Positions 17,592 through 26,440 of a stretch of DNA of 54,188 nt are shown one piece after another. The position numbers and the translations under genes are program-made. The DNA is taken from NCBI GenBank assembly GCA_964642165.1, contig CAZXOC010000007.1, positions 2,776-56,963 on the forward strand, written 5' to 3'. The stretch comes from an uncultured Planctomycetaceae bacterium. GTDB taxonomy: Bacteria; Planctomycetota; Phycisphaerae; SM23-33. Below the pieces are notes generated by a model. That model was given only the letters and a program-made list of their open reading frames with translations, searched no databases and had not been told where the DNA came from. Position 1 is the stretch's first letter. The number at the start of each line of letters is the position of its first letter.

Positions 17592-18914
17592 ATGACCGCA
17601 AGAGACGGGATCACTCGCCGCAGCTTTGTTCGCGGAGCGGCTGCCTCGGCGGGTGCGGCGGTGGCGGGGCCGTATGTGCTGACGTCGGCGGCGCTGGGGG
17701 CGCCGGGGCGGGCGGCGGCGAGCGAGCGGATCACGATCGGCTTCCTCGGCACGGGCTCGCACGGCGTGGGGATGAACCTGCGATCGTTCCTGCCGCACGG
17801 CGACGCGCAGGCGGTGGCCGTCTGCGACGTGGACGCCGGGCGCGCCCGCGGCGCCCGCGACCTGGTCGAGAAGACCTACGCCGCCCGCCGCCGCGCGGGG
17901 ACGTTCCGCGGCTGCCTGCTCACGGGCGACTGGCGCGAGGTCGTCGCCCGACCGGACATCGACGCGGTGATGATTTCCACGCCGGACCACTGGCACGTGC
18001 CGATGTCCCTGGCCGCCCTCCGCGCCGGCAAGGACGTCATCTGCGAGAAGCCCACGCTGACGGTCCAGGAGGGGCGCATCCTGGCCGACACGGTCCGGCG
18101 CTACGGGGCGGTCTTTCAGCTCTCGACGGAGGACCGCTCGGTGGCCGTCTACCACCGCATGGCCGAGCTGGTCCGCAACGGGCGGATCGGCAAGCTCCGG
18201 CGGATCCGCGTGAAGCTGCCCGCGGGCCCGGGCTCGCCGGGCGACGCCACGCCGCGGCCCGTGCCGAAGGAGCTGGACTACGAGATGTGGCTGGGCCCGG
18301 CGCCGCGCGTGCCCTACTGCCCCGGGCGGGTGCACTACCACTTCCGCTGGGTGCGGGACACGTCCGGCGGGCAGCTCACCGACTGGGGCGCGCACCTGAT
18401 CGACACGGCCCAGTGGGCCAACGACACGGAGCACACCGGGCCCGTCGAGGTCGAGGGCACGGGCAAGGCCCACGCCGGCGGGCTCTACGACACGTATCAC
18501 GAGTACCACCTCCGCTACGGCTACGCCAACGGCGTGGAGATGCTCGTGGACAGCGGCGGCGTGGCGATCCGGTTCGAGGGCACGGACGGCTGGGTGGGCA
18601 ACAACGGATGGCGCGGGCGGCTCGAGGCCAGCTCGCACGGCCTGCTGACGACGAGGATCGGCCCGGACGAGACGCAGCTTTTCACGTGCCCGGCCGGGGA
18701 GCACCGCAACTTCCTCGACTGCGTCAAGAGCCGCCGGGACCCGTACTTCCCGGCGGAGATCGGGCACCGGTGCTGCTCGGTGATGCACATCGGCAACATC
18801 GCGATGGACCTCGGCAAGAAGCTCCGCTGGGACCCCGGGAAGGAACGCTTCCCCGACGACGACACGGCCAATATCATGCGGTCCCGCGCCCTGCGCGAGC
18901 CGTGGCGGTTGTAG
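17592..18914 (+). CDS. Tat-exported Gfo/Idh/MocA oxidoreductase (tandem paralog)
   Basis: TRRSFV Tat motif; GFLGTGSHG, TPDHWH, CEKP, WLGPAP, DWGAHLID. Confidence 0.93.
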   Translation: MTARDGITRRSFVRGAAASAGAAVAGPYVLTSAALGAPGRAAASERITIGFLGTGSHGVGMNLRSFLPHGDAQAVAVCDVDAGRARGARDLVEKTYAARRRAGTFRGCLLTGDWREVVARPDIDAVMISTPDHWHVPMSLAALRAGKDVICEKPTLTVQEGRILADTVRRYGAVFQLSTEDRSVAVYHRMAELVRNGRIGKLRRIRVKLPAGPGSPGDATPRPVPKELDYEMWLGPAPRVPYCPGRVHYHFRWVRDTSGGQLTDWGAHLIDTAQWANDTEHTGPVEVEGTGKAHAGGLYDTYHEYHLRYGYANGVEMLVDSGGVAIRFEGTDGWVGNNGWRGRLEASSHGLLTTRIGPDETQLFTCPAGEHRNFLDCVKSRRDPYFPAEIGHRCCSVMHIGNIAMDLGKKLRWDPGKERFPDDDTANIMRSRALREPWRL

Positions 18915-18997
18915 TCCGTTTCGCGGGCCGCCTTGGCGGCCGAAGCCCCGCCAGGGGCGGCAGAATCACGACCCGAAACACCCACAAGGAGCCCACG

Positions 18998-20521
18998 ATG
19001 CCCTGCAGAACGCTGATCGCCGCCGCCTTCCTTTGCGCCTTCGTCGGTACCGCGCTGCGCGCCGCCGCGGAATCGAACGTCCTGCCCAACGCCTTCTTCG
19101 CGATGGACACGGGCCTGCGCGACGGCAAGCACCCCACGTCGGCCGACCGCGCCGAGACCCTCGCCCTGCTGGGCTACCCCGGCGGCGACCTCACCGGCGG
19201 CGCGAGCATCCCCGACATCCTCCAGGCCTACGACGCCAAGGGCCTGAAGCTCTTCGCCATCTACACGGGCCTGAACATCGACTCGCCCGACGTCCCGGCC
19301 GGGCTCGCCAAGGCCATCGGGCAGCTCAAGGGACGCGACACGGTCCTGTGGATCCCGGTGCAGAGCCGCAAGTACAAGAAGTCGGACCCGGCCGGGGACG
19401 AGCAGGCGGCGGCGCTGCTTCGGAAGGCCGCCGACCTGGCGGCCGCGGCGGGCCTGCGCATCGCCCTGTACCCGCACACGGGGTTCTGGGTCGAGAAGGT
19501 CGAGGACGCCGTCCGCGTGGCGAAGAAGGCCGACCGCCCGAACGTCGGCGCGACGTTCAACCTCTGCCACTTCCTCCAGTGCGACGACGAGAAGAACCTG
19601 GAGAAGGCCCTGGCCGGTGCGGCGTCGCACCTGTTCGTCGTGACCGTCAGCGGCGCCGATCGCGGCGCGAAGGGCTGGGGGCGGCTGATCCAGACGCTGG
19701 ACAAGGGCACGTTCGACCAGCGGCGCGTCCTGCGGAAGCTGAGGGAGCTGAACTATCTCGGCCCGATCGGGCTCCAGGGCTACGGCATCAAGGGCGACTC
19801 GCGGGAGAACCTGCGGGGGTCGATGTCCGCCTGGCGGAAGCTCGCGGGCGAGCTGGGCGGGCGGCGGACCGCCTTCCTGACGCGGACGTCGGCGGACTTC
19901 GGCGCCTTCCGCGGTGAGACGGGCGACTGGACGATCGCCGGCGAGGTCTCCAGGGACCCGAAGGACGCCAAGCGGCTGGCGTGGAAGGACGGGCGCGGCG
20001 CGGCCGTCAACGGCCCGAAGGGGCGCACGCGGCACCTCGTGACGAAGCACGAGCACGGCGACTGCGTCGCGCACATCGAGTTCGTCGTGCCCAAGGGCTC
20101 CAACAGCGGCGTGTATTTCCAGGGGCGCTACGAGATCCAGGTCTTCGACAGTTGGGGCGTCGAGAAGCCCACCCACGGCGACTGCGGCGGGATCTACCAG
20201 CGGTGGGACAAGGGCCGCGGCTACGAGGGCCGACCCCCGCGCGTCAACGCCTCGCGCGAGCCGGGCGCGTGGCAGAGCTTCGACGCCATCTTCCGCGGCC
20301 CGCGCTTCGACGCGTCGGGCAACAAGATCGCCAACGCCTGTTTCGTGAAGATCCTGCACAACGGGATCCTCGTCCACGAGAACGCCGAGCTCACCGGCCC
20401 GACGCGGGCGGCGGCGTTCCGCGACGAGAAACCCCTCGGGCCGATCCTGTTCCAGGGCGACCACGGCCCCGTCGCCTACCGCAACTGCTGGATCGTCGAG
20501 TACCCGCCGCCGGCCAAGTAG
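18998..20521 (+). CDS. Secreted fusion of a xylose-isomerase-like TIM barrel and a DUF1080 (3-keto-disaccharide hydrolase/lyase) domain
   Basis: Start MPCRTLIAAAF after an AAGGAG RBS. TIM part: ALYPH, TFNLCHFL, LDKGTFD, GPIGLQGY. DUF1080 part: HIEFVVPKGSNSGVYFQGRYEIQVFDS, GAWQSFD, GPILFQGDHGPVAYRN. Confidence 0.88.
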   Translation: MPCRTLIAAAFLCAFVGTALRAAAESNVLPNAFFAMDTGLRDGKHPTSADRAETLALLGYPGGDLTGGASIPDILQAYDAKGLKLFAIYTGLNIDSPDVPAGLAKAIGQLKGRDTVLWIPVQSRKYKKSDPAGDEQAAALLRKAADLAAAAGLRIALYPHTGFWVEKVEDAVRVAKKADRPNVGATFNLCHFLQCDDEKNLEKALAGAASHLFVVTVSGADRGAKGWGRLIQTLDKGTFDQRRVLRKLRELNYLGPIGLQGYGIKGDSRENLRGSMSAWRKLAGELGGRRTAFLTRTSADFGAFRGETGDWTIAGEVSRDPKDAKRLAWKDGRGAAVNGPKGRTRHLVTKHEHGDCVAHIEFVVPKGSNSGVYFQGRYEIQVFDSWGVEKPTHGDCGGIYQRWDKGRGYEGRPPRVNASREPGAWQSFDAIFRGPRFDASGNKIANACFVKILHNGILVHENAELTGPTRAAAFRDEKPLGPILFQGDHGPVAYRNCWIVEYPPPAK

Positions 20522-20533
20522 GCAGCAGACACA

Positions 20534-23119
20534 ATGAAGCACGTCCTTTCCCGTTCGGCCTGGTTCCCCCTGGCGGCGCTGTGCGCCTGGACCGGAGGGC
20601 ACAGCTTGCGTGCCGACGAGCCGATCAACCCCTTCCCGAGGCAGACCTGCCGCACCGAGAAGCTCCACCAGTGGACCTTCGAGCGGGGCCCGGCCGGCTG
20701 GCGGGCACAGCACGACTGCCGCCTCGCCGCGAGGGACGGCCACCTGGTCATCACCTCGACGGGCGACGATCCGTACCTGTTCAGCCCCGTCACGGCCGAG
20801 GGCGGATCGATCCTTCTCCGGTTCCGCGCGAGGTGCAACACCGCCGGGCGCGGGCAGTTCTTCTGGACCACGCAGGCCCGGCCGAACACCAGCGAGAGGA
20901 ACTCCGTGCGCTTCGACCTCGTCCACGACGGACAATGGCACGACTACGAGGTGCCCATGCGGATCCCGGGCAAGCTCCGCGCCCTGCGGTTCGACCCGGG
21001 GGGCGGTGCGGGCACGGTGGAGATCGAGCGCATGGAACTGCACCGGACGGTGCTGCATCCGCTGGAGATCGCCGCCGTCCGCGCGGAGGGGCGAACCGCC
21101 CGCGCCTCGGTGAAGAACCACGCCGGCCGCGCGATGACCTTCACCGTCGGCGGCCGGACCCATCGAGCCGATGCCGGGCAGATCGTCGAGGCGACGGTCG
21201 GCGCCCCCGCCGGCGCGGGCTTCGCGGCCGTGACCGTCCGGGTGCAGTCCGCCGGCCTGCCCGACGTGACGCGCACGGTTCACCTGTGCGGCCCGAGGGC
21301 CGGGGCGAACTGGCCCGCACTGACGTCCGGGCCGCTCACGGTGCGCATCGCGCCCGACGGCTCCGGGGCGGTCCTGCTGCGCGGCGGGCGAACGGCCGGC
21401 GTGCTGGCGCCGATCGTCTCCCTCGACGGCGCGGCCCCGAAGCTCCAGCGCCAGGACGCCCCCGGCCGGGCGAGCTTCCGCGGCAAGGGCGTCGCCTTCG
21501 ATCTGTCCGTGGCCGACGGGGAGCTGACCGTTGCGATCCGTTCGGACCGCCCCTGCGAGGGCCCCCGCCTGCGCGCCCTCGGCACGCTGGAGCAGGGCCT
21601 CTTCGCCGGCCTGGAGTACCTCGGCAAGGGCGAGCGATCCAGCTCGACGCTGGACATCGAGACGCCCGAGCACCTGCGGTACGCGCCGGACCCGCTCAAG
21701 GTGACCATGCCCCTGATGGCCGTGGTGACCGACCGCGCGACCGCGGCCATGACCTGGGAGGACACGTCCCTGCGGCCGGTCTTCGCGGCGCCCAACTTCT
21801 TCGACGGCACGGGCGATCACCTCATGGCGCTGCGGGGCAAGCAAATCCTCGCGAGGATCCGGCTGGCCAAGCCGGAGCCCATCGAGGAGGCGATCCTGTG
21901 GGCCGTGAAGAAGCACGGCCTGCCGCCGCCGCCGAAGGCCCCGCGAAGCCGCGACAAGCAGTGGGCGCTGTGCCTGAAGTCGCTGCGGGGCCCGATCGCG
22001 GGCGAGGGCGGCTGGGGGCACTGCGCCGAGGCGAAGTGGGGCCGGGCGCCGTACGCCGACATGGCCTCGACGATCTGGCGGCTGACCGGCACGGCGCCGG
22101 AGCTGCCGCGCCTCCAGCCGGGCGGGGCGCACGTGCGCAACGACGCGGCGTACTTCGTCACGGGGCGCGGCGAGCAGTGGCTCCAGATGCGCCGCAACCA
22201 GGCGCGCGGGATCGCGCGGCGACAGAAGGCCGACGGCTCGTTCCGCTACGCGGGCAAGTACCGCCGCGGGCACTTCGAGGACACGTCGAGCGGCGCCTGC
22301 GCCCGCCCGGCGTGGGAGCTGCTGGAGTTCGCGTACCTCACGGGCGACCCCGAGGCGCTGGCGGCCGGGCTCAAGACGCTGGAATACATGAAGCGCTTCC
22401 GCACGCCGCGCGGGGCGCAGACGTGGGAGCTGTCGCTGCACACGCCGGACATCCTCGCCAGCGCGTACCTCGTCGGCGCGTACGTCCGCGGGTACGAGCT
22501 GACGAAGAGGAAGGAATACGTCGCCGAGGCCCGCCGCTGGGCGCTGTCCGGCGTGCCGTTCGTGTACCTCTGGGGCACGTACCCGACCATGCGCTACGCC
22601 ACCGTGCCGGTCTACGGGGCGACGAACTGGCGGGCGCCGAACTGGATCGGCCTGCCCGTCCAGTGGTGCGGCGGCGTCTACGCCTACTTCCTGACGAAGC
22701 TCGCGCCCCACGACCGGACGCTGGACTGGAACGCCCTCGCCCGCGGCATCCTGATCGCCGGCGAGCAGATGCAGTACCCCGACGGGCACAAGCTCGTCGG
22801 CTGCCTGCCCGACGTCTTCCGCCTCCGCGGCCAGCAGCGCGCCGGGCCGAGCATCAACCCCTGCGCCCTGGCGAGCCTCCGCCTGGCGATGGAAAGCGAA
22901 CTGGACTCCCTGGCGGTGGCCGTCTCCGACGACGGGCGGCACCGCGTCTGCGCCCCGGTCCCCGTCACCATCCGCCAGGGCAAGGCGCACCTTCGCGCGC
23001 GGAAGGGCACGGCCTACCAGGTCGTCATCGACGGCGAGCGGATCGTCTCCGTCCAGTCCCGGGGGCGCGACGTGATCCCCCTGGCCGGCGGCGGCGGGGA
23101 CGGCGGCGCGACGCCCTGA
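20534..23119 (+). CDS. Secreted hypothetical protein: N-terminal carbohydrate-binding-like beta-sandwich and C-terminal (alpha/alpha)-toroid-like domain
   Basis: Signal peptide; WTFERG...GQFFW...DGQWHDYEV...LRFDPG N-domain; RGAQTWELSLHTPDILASA and WIGLPVQWCG in the helical C-terminal part. Confidence 0.75.
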   Translation: MKHVLSRSAWFPLAALCAWTGGHSLRADEPINPFPRQTCRTEKLHQWTFERGPAGWRAQHDCRLAARDGHLVITSTGDDPYLFSPVTAEGGSILLRFRARCNTAGRGQFFWTTQARPNTSERNSVRFDLVHDGQWHDYEVPMRIPGKLRALRFDPGGGAGTVEIERMELHRTVLHPLEIAAVRAEGRTARASVKNHAGRAMTFTVGGRTHRADAGQIVEATVGAPAGAGFAAVTVRVQSAGLPDVTRTVHLCGPRAGANWPALTSGPLTVRIAPDGSGAVLLRGGRTAGVLAPIVSLDGAAPKLQRQDAPGRASFRGKGVAFDLSVADGELTVAIRSDRPCEGPRLRALGTLEQGLFAGLEYLGKGERSSSTLDIETPEHLRYAPDPLKVTMPLMAVVTDRATAAMTWEDTSLRPVFAAPNFFDGTGDHLMALRGKQILARIRLAKPEPIEEAILWAVKKHGLPPPPKAPRSRDKQWALCLKSLRGPIAGEGGWGHCAEAKWGRAPYADMASTIWRLTGTAPELPRLQPGGAHVRNDAAYFVTGRGEQWLQMRRNQARGIARRQKADGSFRYAGKYRRGHFEDTSSGACARPAWELLEFAYLTGDPEALAAGLKTLEYMKRFRTPRGAQTWELSLHTPDILASAYLVGAYVRGYELTKRKEYVAEARRWALSGVPFVYLWGTYPTMRYATVPVYGATNWRAPNWIGLPVQWCGGVYAYFLTKLAPHDRTLDWNALARGILIAGEQMQYPDGHKLVGCLPDVFRLRGQQRAGPSINPCALASLRLAMESELDSLAVAVSDDGRHRVCAPVPVTIRQGKAHLRARKGTAYQVVIDGERIVSVQSRGRDVIPLAGGGGDGGATP

Positions 23120-23174
23120 GCCCCGCGCGTTCGGCGGGCGCGTCCCCGGCGGGCGGAAAAGGCCGTGCCGGCCG

Positions 23175-23203
23175 TTGCATGCCGCTGGCGGGATGCCTAT
23201 AAT
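23175..23203 (+). promoter_or_regulatory. Near-consensus sigma70 promoter for the Lys/Ala/Pro-rich protein gene
   Basis: TTGCAT-17 nt-TATAAT; GAGAGG RBS before ATG 23234. Confidence 0.75.
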
Positions 23204-23233
23204 CCCCCGCTTTCCCCGACGAGAGGATGCCAG

Positions 23234-23812
23234 ATGGGACACCGAAGAGACCGACTCGATAAGCGGATGGCGAAGCAGCAGGAGACGCGGCGGCGCAATT
23301 CCCCCCGGAAGGCCAAGGAGCGTGCGCGTCGAGCGGCCCGCGTGGAGGCCCGGGTCCAGCGGATCGCCGCCCGGGCCCAAGCCGCCGAGAAGCCGCAACC
23401 CGCGCCCAAGCCCGAGGCCGCCGAGAAGCCGCGACCCGCGCCCAAGCCCGAAGCGGTCGAGAAGCCGCAGCCCGCCCCCAAGCCCGAGGCGGTCGAGAAG
23501 CCGCAGCCCGCCCCGAAGGCCGAGGCCCCCAAGGAACCCGAGGCGGCGCCGAGAAAGACCGCCAAGCCCAAGGCAACGGCCGAGGCGAAGGCCAAGGCCG
23601 TCAAGGCCCCGACACCCAAGGCCGAGACGAAGACCAAGCCCAAGGCGAAGGCAAAGGCGAAGGCAAAGGCGAAGGCCAAGCCCGAGGCCGCCAAGCCCCC
23701 GAAGGCCAAGGGCGCCGCCAAGGCCAAGCCCAAGGCCCGCGCCAAGTCGGCCGCCAAGGACGAGGGCAAGCCCAAGGCCGATACGAAGGCCAAGGGCGAC
23801 TCCGAGGAGTGA
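23234..23812 (+). CDS. Highly basic Lys/Ala/Pro-rich low-complexity protein (histone H1-like tail)
   Basis: 192 aa; Arg-rich helical N-terminus, 4x 12-aa repeat, then KAKAKAKAKAK/PKAK tracts; has its own promoter and RBS. Confidence 0.8.
   Translation: MGHRRDRLDKRMAKQQETRRRNSPRKAKERARRAARVEARVQRIAARAQAAEKPQPAPKPEAAEKPRPAPKPEAVEKPQPAPKPEAVEKPQPAPKAEAPKEPEAAPRKTAKPKATAEAKAKAVKAPTPKAETKTKPKAKAKAKAKAKAKPEAAKPPKAKGAAKAKPKARAKSAAKDEGKPKADTKAKGDSEE
23381..23524 (+). repeat. Intragenic tandem repeat, 4 x 36 bp, encoding A[AV]EKP[QR]PAPK[PA]E
   Basis: Units start at 23381, 23417, 23453 and 23489; in frame; no spacers. Confidence 0.9.
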
Positions 23813-23839
23813 CGCCCGGCGACCGTGCCGGCGGGCGGC

Positions 23840-24355
23840 TCACGGCCAGAACGCGCCCACCGCGACGATCGTCCAGATGATCGCGCCCAGGGCGAGCTTG
23901 ACGCCGGTGGCCAGCAGGCGCCCCCCGCCGGCGCCGACGCCGGCCTTGATCGACGGCCCCTGCCCGCGCCCGATCGACAGCTCGAAGACCCACGCCCCCG
24001 CGCAGGCCCCGAGGCACGCCCCGACGAGGGACCCGACCAGCGGCACGGGGAGCAGGACGGTCCCGGCGATCGCGCCGCCGAGCGCCCCCAGGACCGAGCC
24101 CAGCGCGCCCCAGCGCGACCCGCCGGCCCGCCGGACGCCCGCCGCCGACGCGAAGAACTCCAGCACCTCCCCCACGACCGCCAGCAGCACGACGGCCAGC
24201 AGCGTCACCGGGTGGAACATGCCCGCGTCCCACTGCCACCAGGCCACCAGGGCGGTCGTGCCGACCATCAGCCAGTTGCCCGGCAGCGTCAGGAGGGTCA
24301 TCGCCAGCCAGACGACGTTGACCAGGACCAGCAGCGACGCCCAGAGGTAGACCAT
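23840..24355 (-). CDS. DUF456-family membrane protein
   Basis: 171 aa, hydrophobic; TLPGNWL, GEVLEF, GVRRAGGSRWG, GACLGACAGA and KLALG patterns. Confidence 0.85.
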   Translation of the reverse strand: MVYLWASLLVLVNVVWLAMTLLTLPGNWLMVGTTALVAWWQWDAGMFHPVTLLAVVLLAVVGEVLEFFASAAGVRRAGGSRWGALGSVLGALGGAIAGTVLLPVPLVGSLVGACLGACAGAWVFELSIGRGQGPSIKAGVGAGGGRLLATGVKLALGAIIWTIVAVGAFWP

Positions 24356-24584
24356 CGTTCCACGCTCCGCGCGGGCCGACCGGCCCGCTCCCCGGGACGG
24401 TCGTCGCCCCGCCCGGGCGATTTCACGGAAACGCCGGCCGGTCCGGGCGCCGAATACCGACCTTCCAGGTGGCATACACTTGTGCTATAAGATAAGGGTG
24501 GTCGCAGGCAGCCGGCGGGTGCGCGCAGCGGGCCGGCCGGGCCGTGGGGAATCTGCCGTGCGACGCCCTGGAGTGGGACGAGGC

Positions 24585-25271
24585 ATGTGGAAGAAGCGCA
24601 AGCGGCTGATCATCCTCGGGGCCGTTGCCGTTGCGCTGGCGGGCGGGCTGCTGGTGGTGTACGGTCGAAGCGAGGAGACTCGCCTGATCGACCAACTGAA
24701 CAGCGGCGACGCGAACGAGCGTGTCGAGGCCGTCGAAGGGCTGAAGGAGCTCGGCACGGCGAAGGCGGCCGACGCGGTCGCCGGCGCGGCGCGGGCGACG
24801 GATCGGCGTCTGGCGAGTCACGCCGTCCGGGCGCTCGGCCGCTTCGGGCGGACGGAGGACCTGGAGCTGGTCAAGCAGGCGTCGCGTTCGGACGACGAGC
24901 GGGTCCGCGAGGCGGCGGCCGTCGCCATGGGCGGCTTCGGGGCGCGGGCGGACGTTCAGGTCCTGATCGGCAGCCTGGGCAACGCGGCGGAGAAGCCGCG
25001 TGTTCGCGCGGCGGCGGCGGTGTCGCTGGGTCGCCTGGACGACTACAGCGCCATGCCGGTGCTGATCGAGTCGCTGGAGGACGACGACCCGGTGGTTCGC
25101 GGGCGGGCGTACGCGGCCATCCGCCGGATCCTGAGGCTGGACGTGGGCTTCCACGCCCGGGCGCCCGTGGCGGAGCGCCGGGCGAAGATCGCCCGCATCA
25201 AGGAACTGGCCAAGAACCTCCAGCGGCGGCACGCCGACTACAAGCGCCGAATGAAGGAGCGAGAGCGATGA
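24585..25271 (+). CDS. Membrane-anchored HEAT/PBS-lyase repeat protein
   Basis: Basic N-terminus and one TM helix; repeats VREAAAVAMG, VRAAAAVSLG, LEDDDPVVRGRA. Confidence 0.8.
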   Translation: MWKKRKRLIILGAVAVALAGGLLVVYGRSEETRLIDQLNSGDANERVEAVEGLKELGTAKAADAVAGAARATDRRLASHAVRALGRFGRTEDLELVKQASRSDDERVREAAAVAMGGFGARADVQVLIGSLGNAAEKPRVRAAAAVSLGRLDDYSAMPVLIESLEDDDPVVRGRAYAAIRRILRLDVGFHARAPVAERRAKIARIKELAKNLQRRHADYKRRMKERER

Positions 25272-26257
25272 CGCCCAACTCGCGGCGCGGCTTCACGCTG
25301 GCCGAACTGATGGTCGTGATCTCCATCATCGCCCTGCTGGCGGCGATGCTGATGCCCACCTTCTCCCGCGTGTTCATGCTGGCCCGGAAGACCCTCTGCG
25401 CCAGCAAGCTCCAGAAGATCGGGCAGGCCTACCACGCCCACAACGCCAAGGCGCGGGCCAACCCCGACATCCCGCCGGTGGAGGCCTCCAGTTGGCCCGG
25501 GGACGTCCTGGCGTTCCTCGGCGGCGACCCCACCACCGTCATCTGTCCCGAGACCGACCCCGAAAGCGTCGCCACCGGGGCCATCGGCATCGAGGAGCTG
25601 AGCACGCTGGTGGTGCTGGCGCACGGGCGCAACCGATGGACCGGCGTCATGGAGGACACCGAGTACACGCTGGGCTGCGGGCTGCCGCAGGACTGGCCCG
25701 TCGGGATCCAAAATCGCTCGATGCACTGGGAGATCCTCTCCAAGAGCGACAGCCACCTCCGCATGGCCATCGAGGACTCCTGGCAGGACAACCCGGCGGA
25801 CCGGCACTACAAGGACCTCGTCCTCGACTTCGAGTTCGTCCGCCAGGGCGCGAGGGTCACCTACATCAGCGAGGGGACCGGGTCGTTCCATTACCACCTG
25901 AAGTACCCCAGCGGCGAGATCATCCTGGAGGGCATGGGCGAGGGGATCAACGGCAAGAACTTCGGGATGAGCGCGATCATCGACGGCCTGTGGAAGTACC
26001 GCACCAGCTACGGGATGAACACGCTGGCCGGGCGGATCTACGGCCCGAGGCGGACCGTGCTGGTCCTGGACTACAACGACTACCGCGCCGACTGCGCCGA
26101 CGACGAGCCGTCCGACCTGATGAACTGGGACGAGCTCGTCGCGCCGCGGCACGGGGGCAAGGTCAACGTGCTCTACGCCAACGGTGCCGTCGAGGACGCC
26201 TTCCCCGGCGAGATCGACCCGACGACCGAGGAGGGCCTGGAGAAGTGGCGGCCGTGA
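25268..26257 (+). CDS. Prepilin-type N-terminal cleavage/methylation protein (planctomycete DUF1559-like, H-X9-DG class)
   Basis: RRG|FTLAELMVVISIIALLAAMLMP; C-terminal PRHGGKVNVLYANG; ATGA overlap with the HEAT gene. Confidence 0.88.
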   Translation: MTPNSRRGFTLAELMVVISIIALLAAMLMPTFSRVFMLARKTLCASKLQKIGQAYHAHNAKARANPDIPPVEASSWPGDVLAFLGGDPTTVICPETDPESVATGAIGIEELSTLVVLAHGRNRWTGVMEDTEYTLGCGLPQDWPVGIQNRSMHWEILSKSDSHLRMAIEDSWQDNPADRHYKDLVLDFEFVRQGARVTYISEGTGSFHYHLKYPSGEIILEGMGEGINGKNFGMSAIIDGLWKYRTSYGMNTLAGRIYGPRRTVLVLDYNDYRADCADDEPSDLMNWDELVAPRHGGKVNVLYANGAVEDAFPGEIDPTTEEGLEKWRP

Positions 26258-26358
26258 GCCGCCGCCGGGTTCGACACCCACGTCCTGCCGGCCGCAAACC
26301 CTGAGCGCCCCTCGGCGCAGCGGGCGGCGCCCGCGCTGCGAGGCTTCCCCGCCGCGCA

Positions 26359-26387
26359 TTGATCGCGCCGGCGCCGCGCGCGACAAT
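26359..26387 (+). promoter_or_regulatory. Sigma70-like promoter for the PP2C sensor gene
   Basis: TTGATC-17 nt-GACAAT; GAGGGG RBS before ATG 26441. Confidence 0.6.
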
Positions 26388-26440
26388 GCCCGCCGGATCG
26401 GCGCCCCGTCCGGCTGCGCCTGAAACGGCGAGGGGTCACC

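Noticed and set aside
23381-23524. 36-bp repeats as a CRISPR array
   Set aside because: Head-to-tail with no spacers, in frame within a coding sequence, and no cas genes.
26268-26285. GGGTTCGACACCC resembling a tRNA T-arm or REP element
   Set aside because: No acceptor, D or anticodon arms can be formed, and I saw no second copy in the window.
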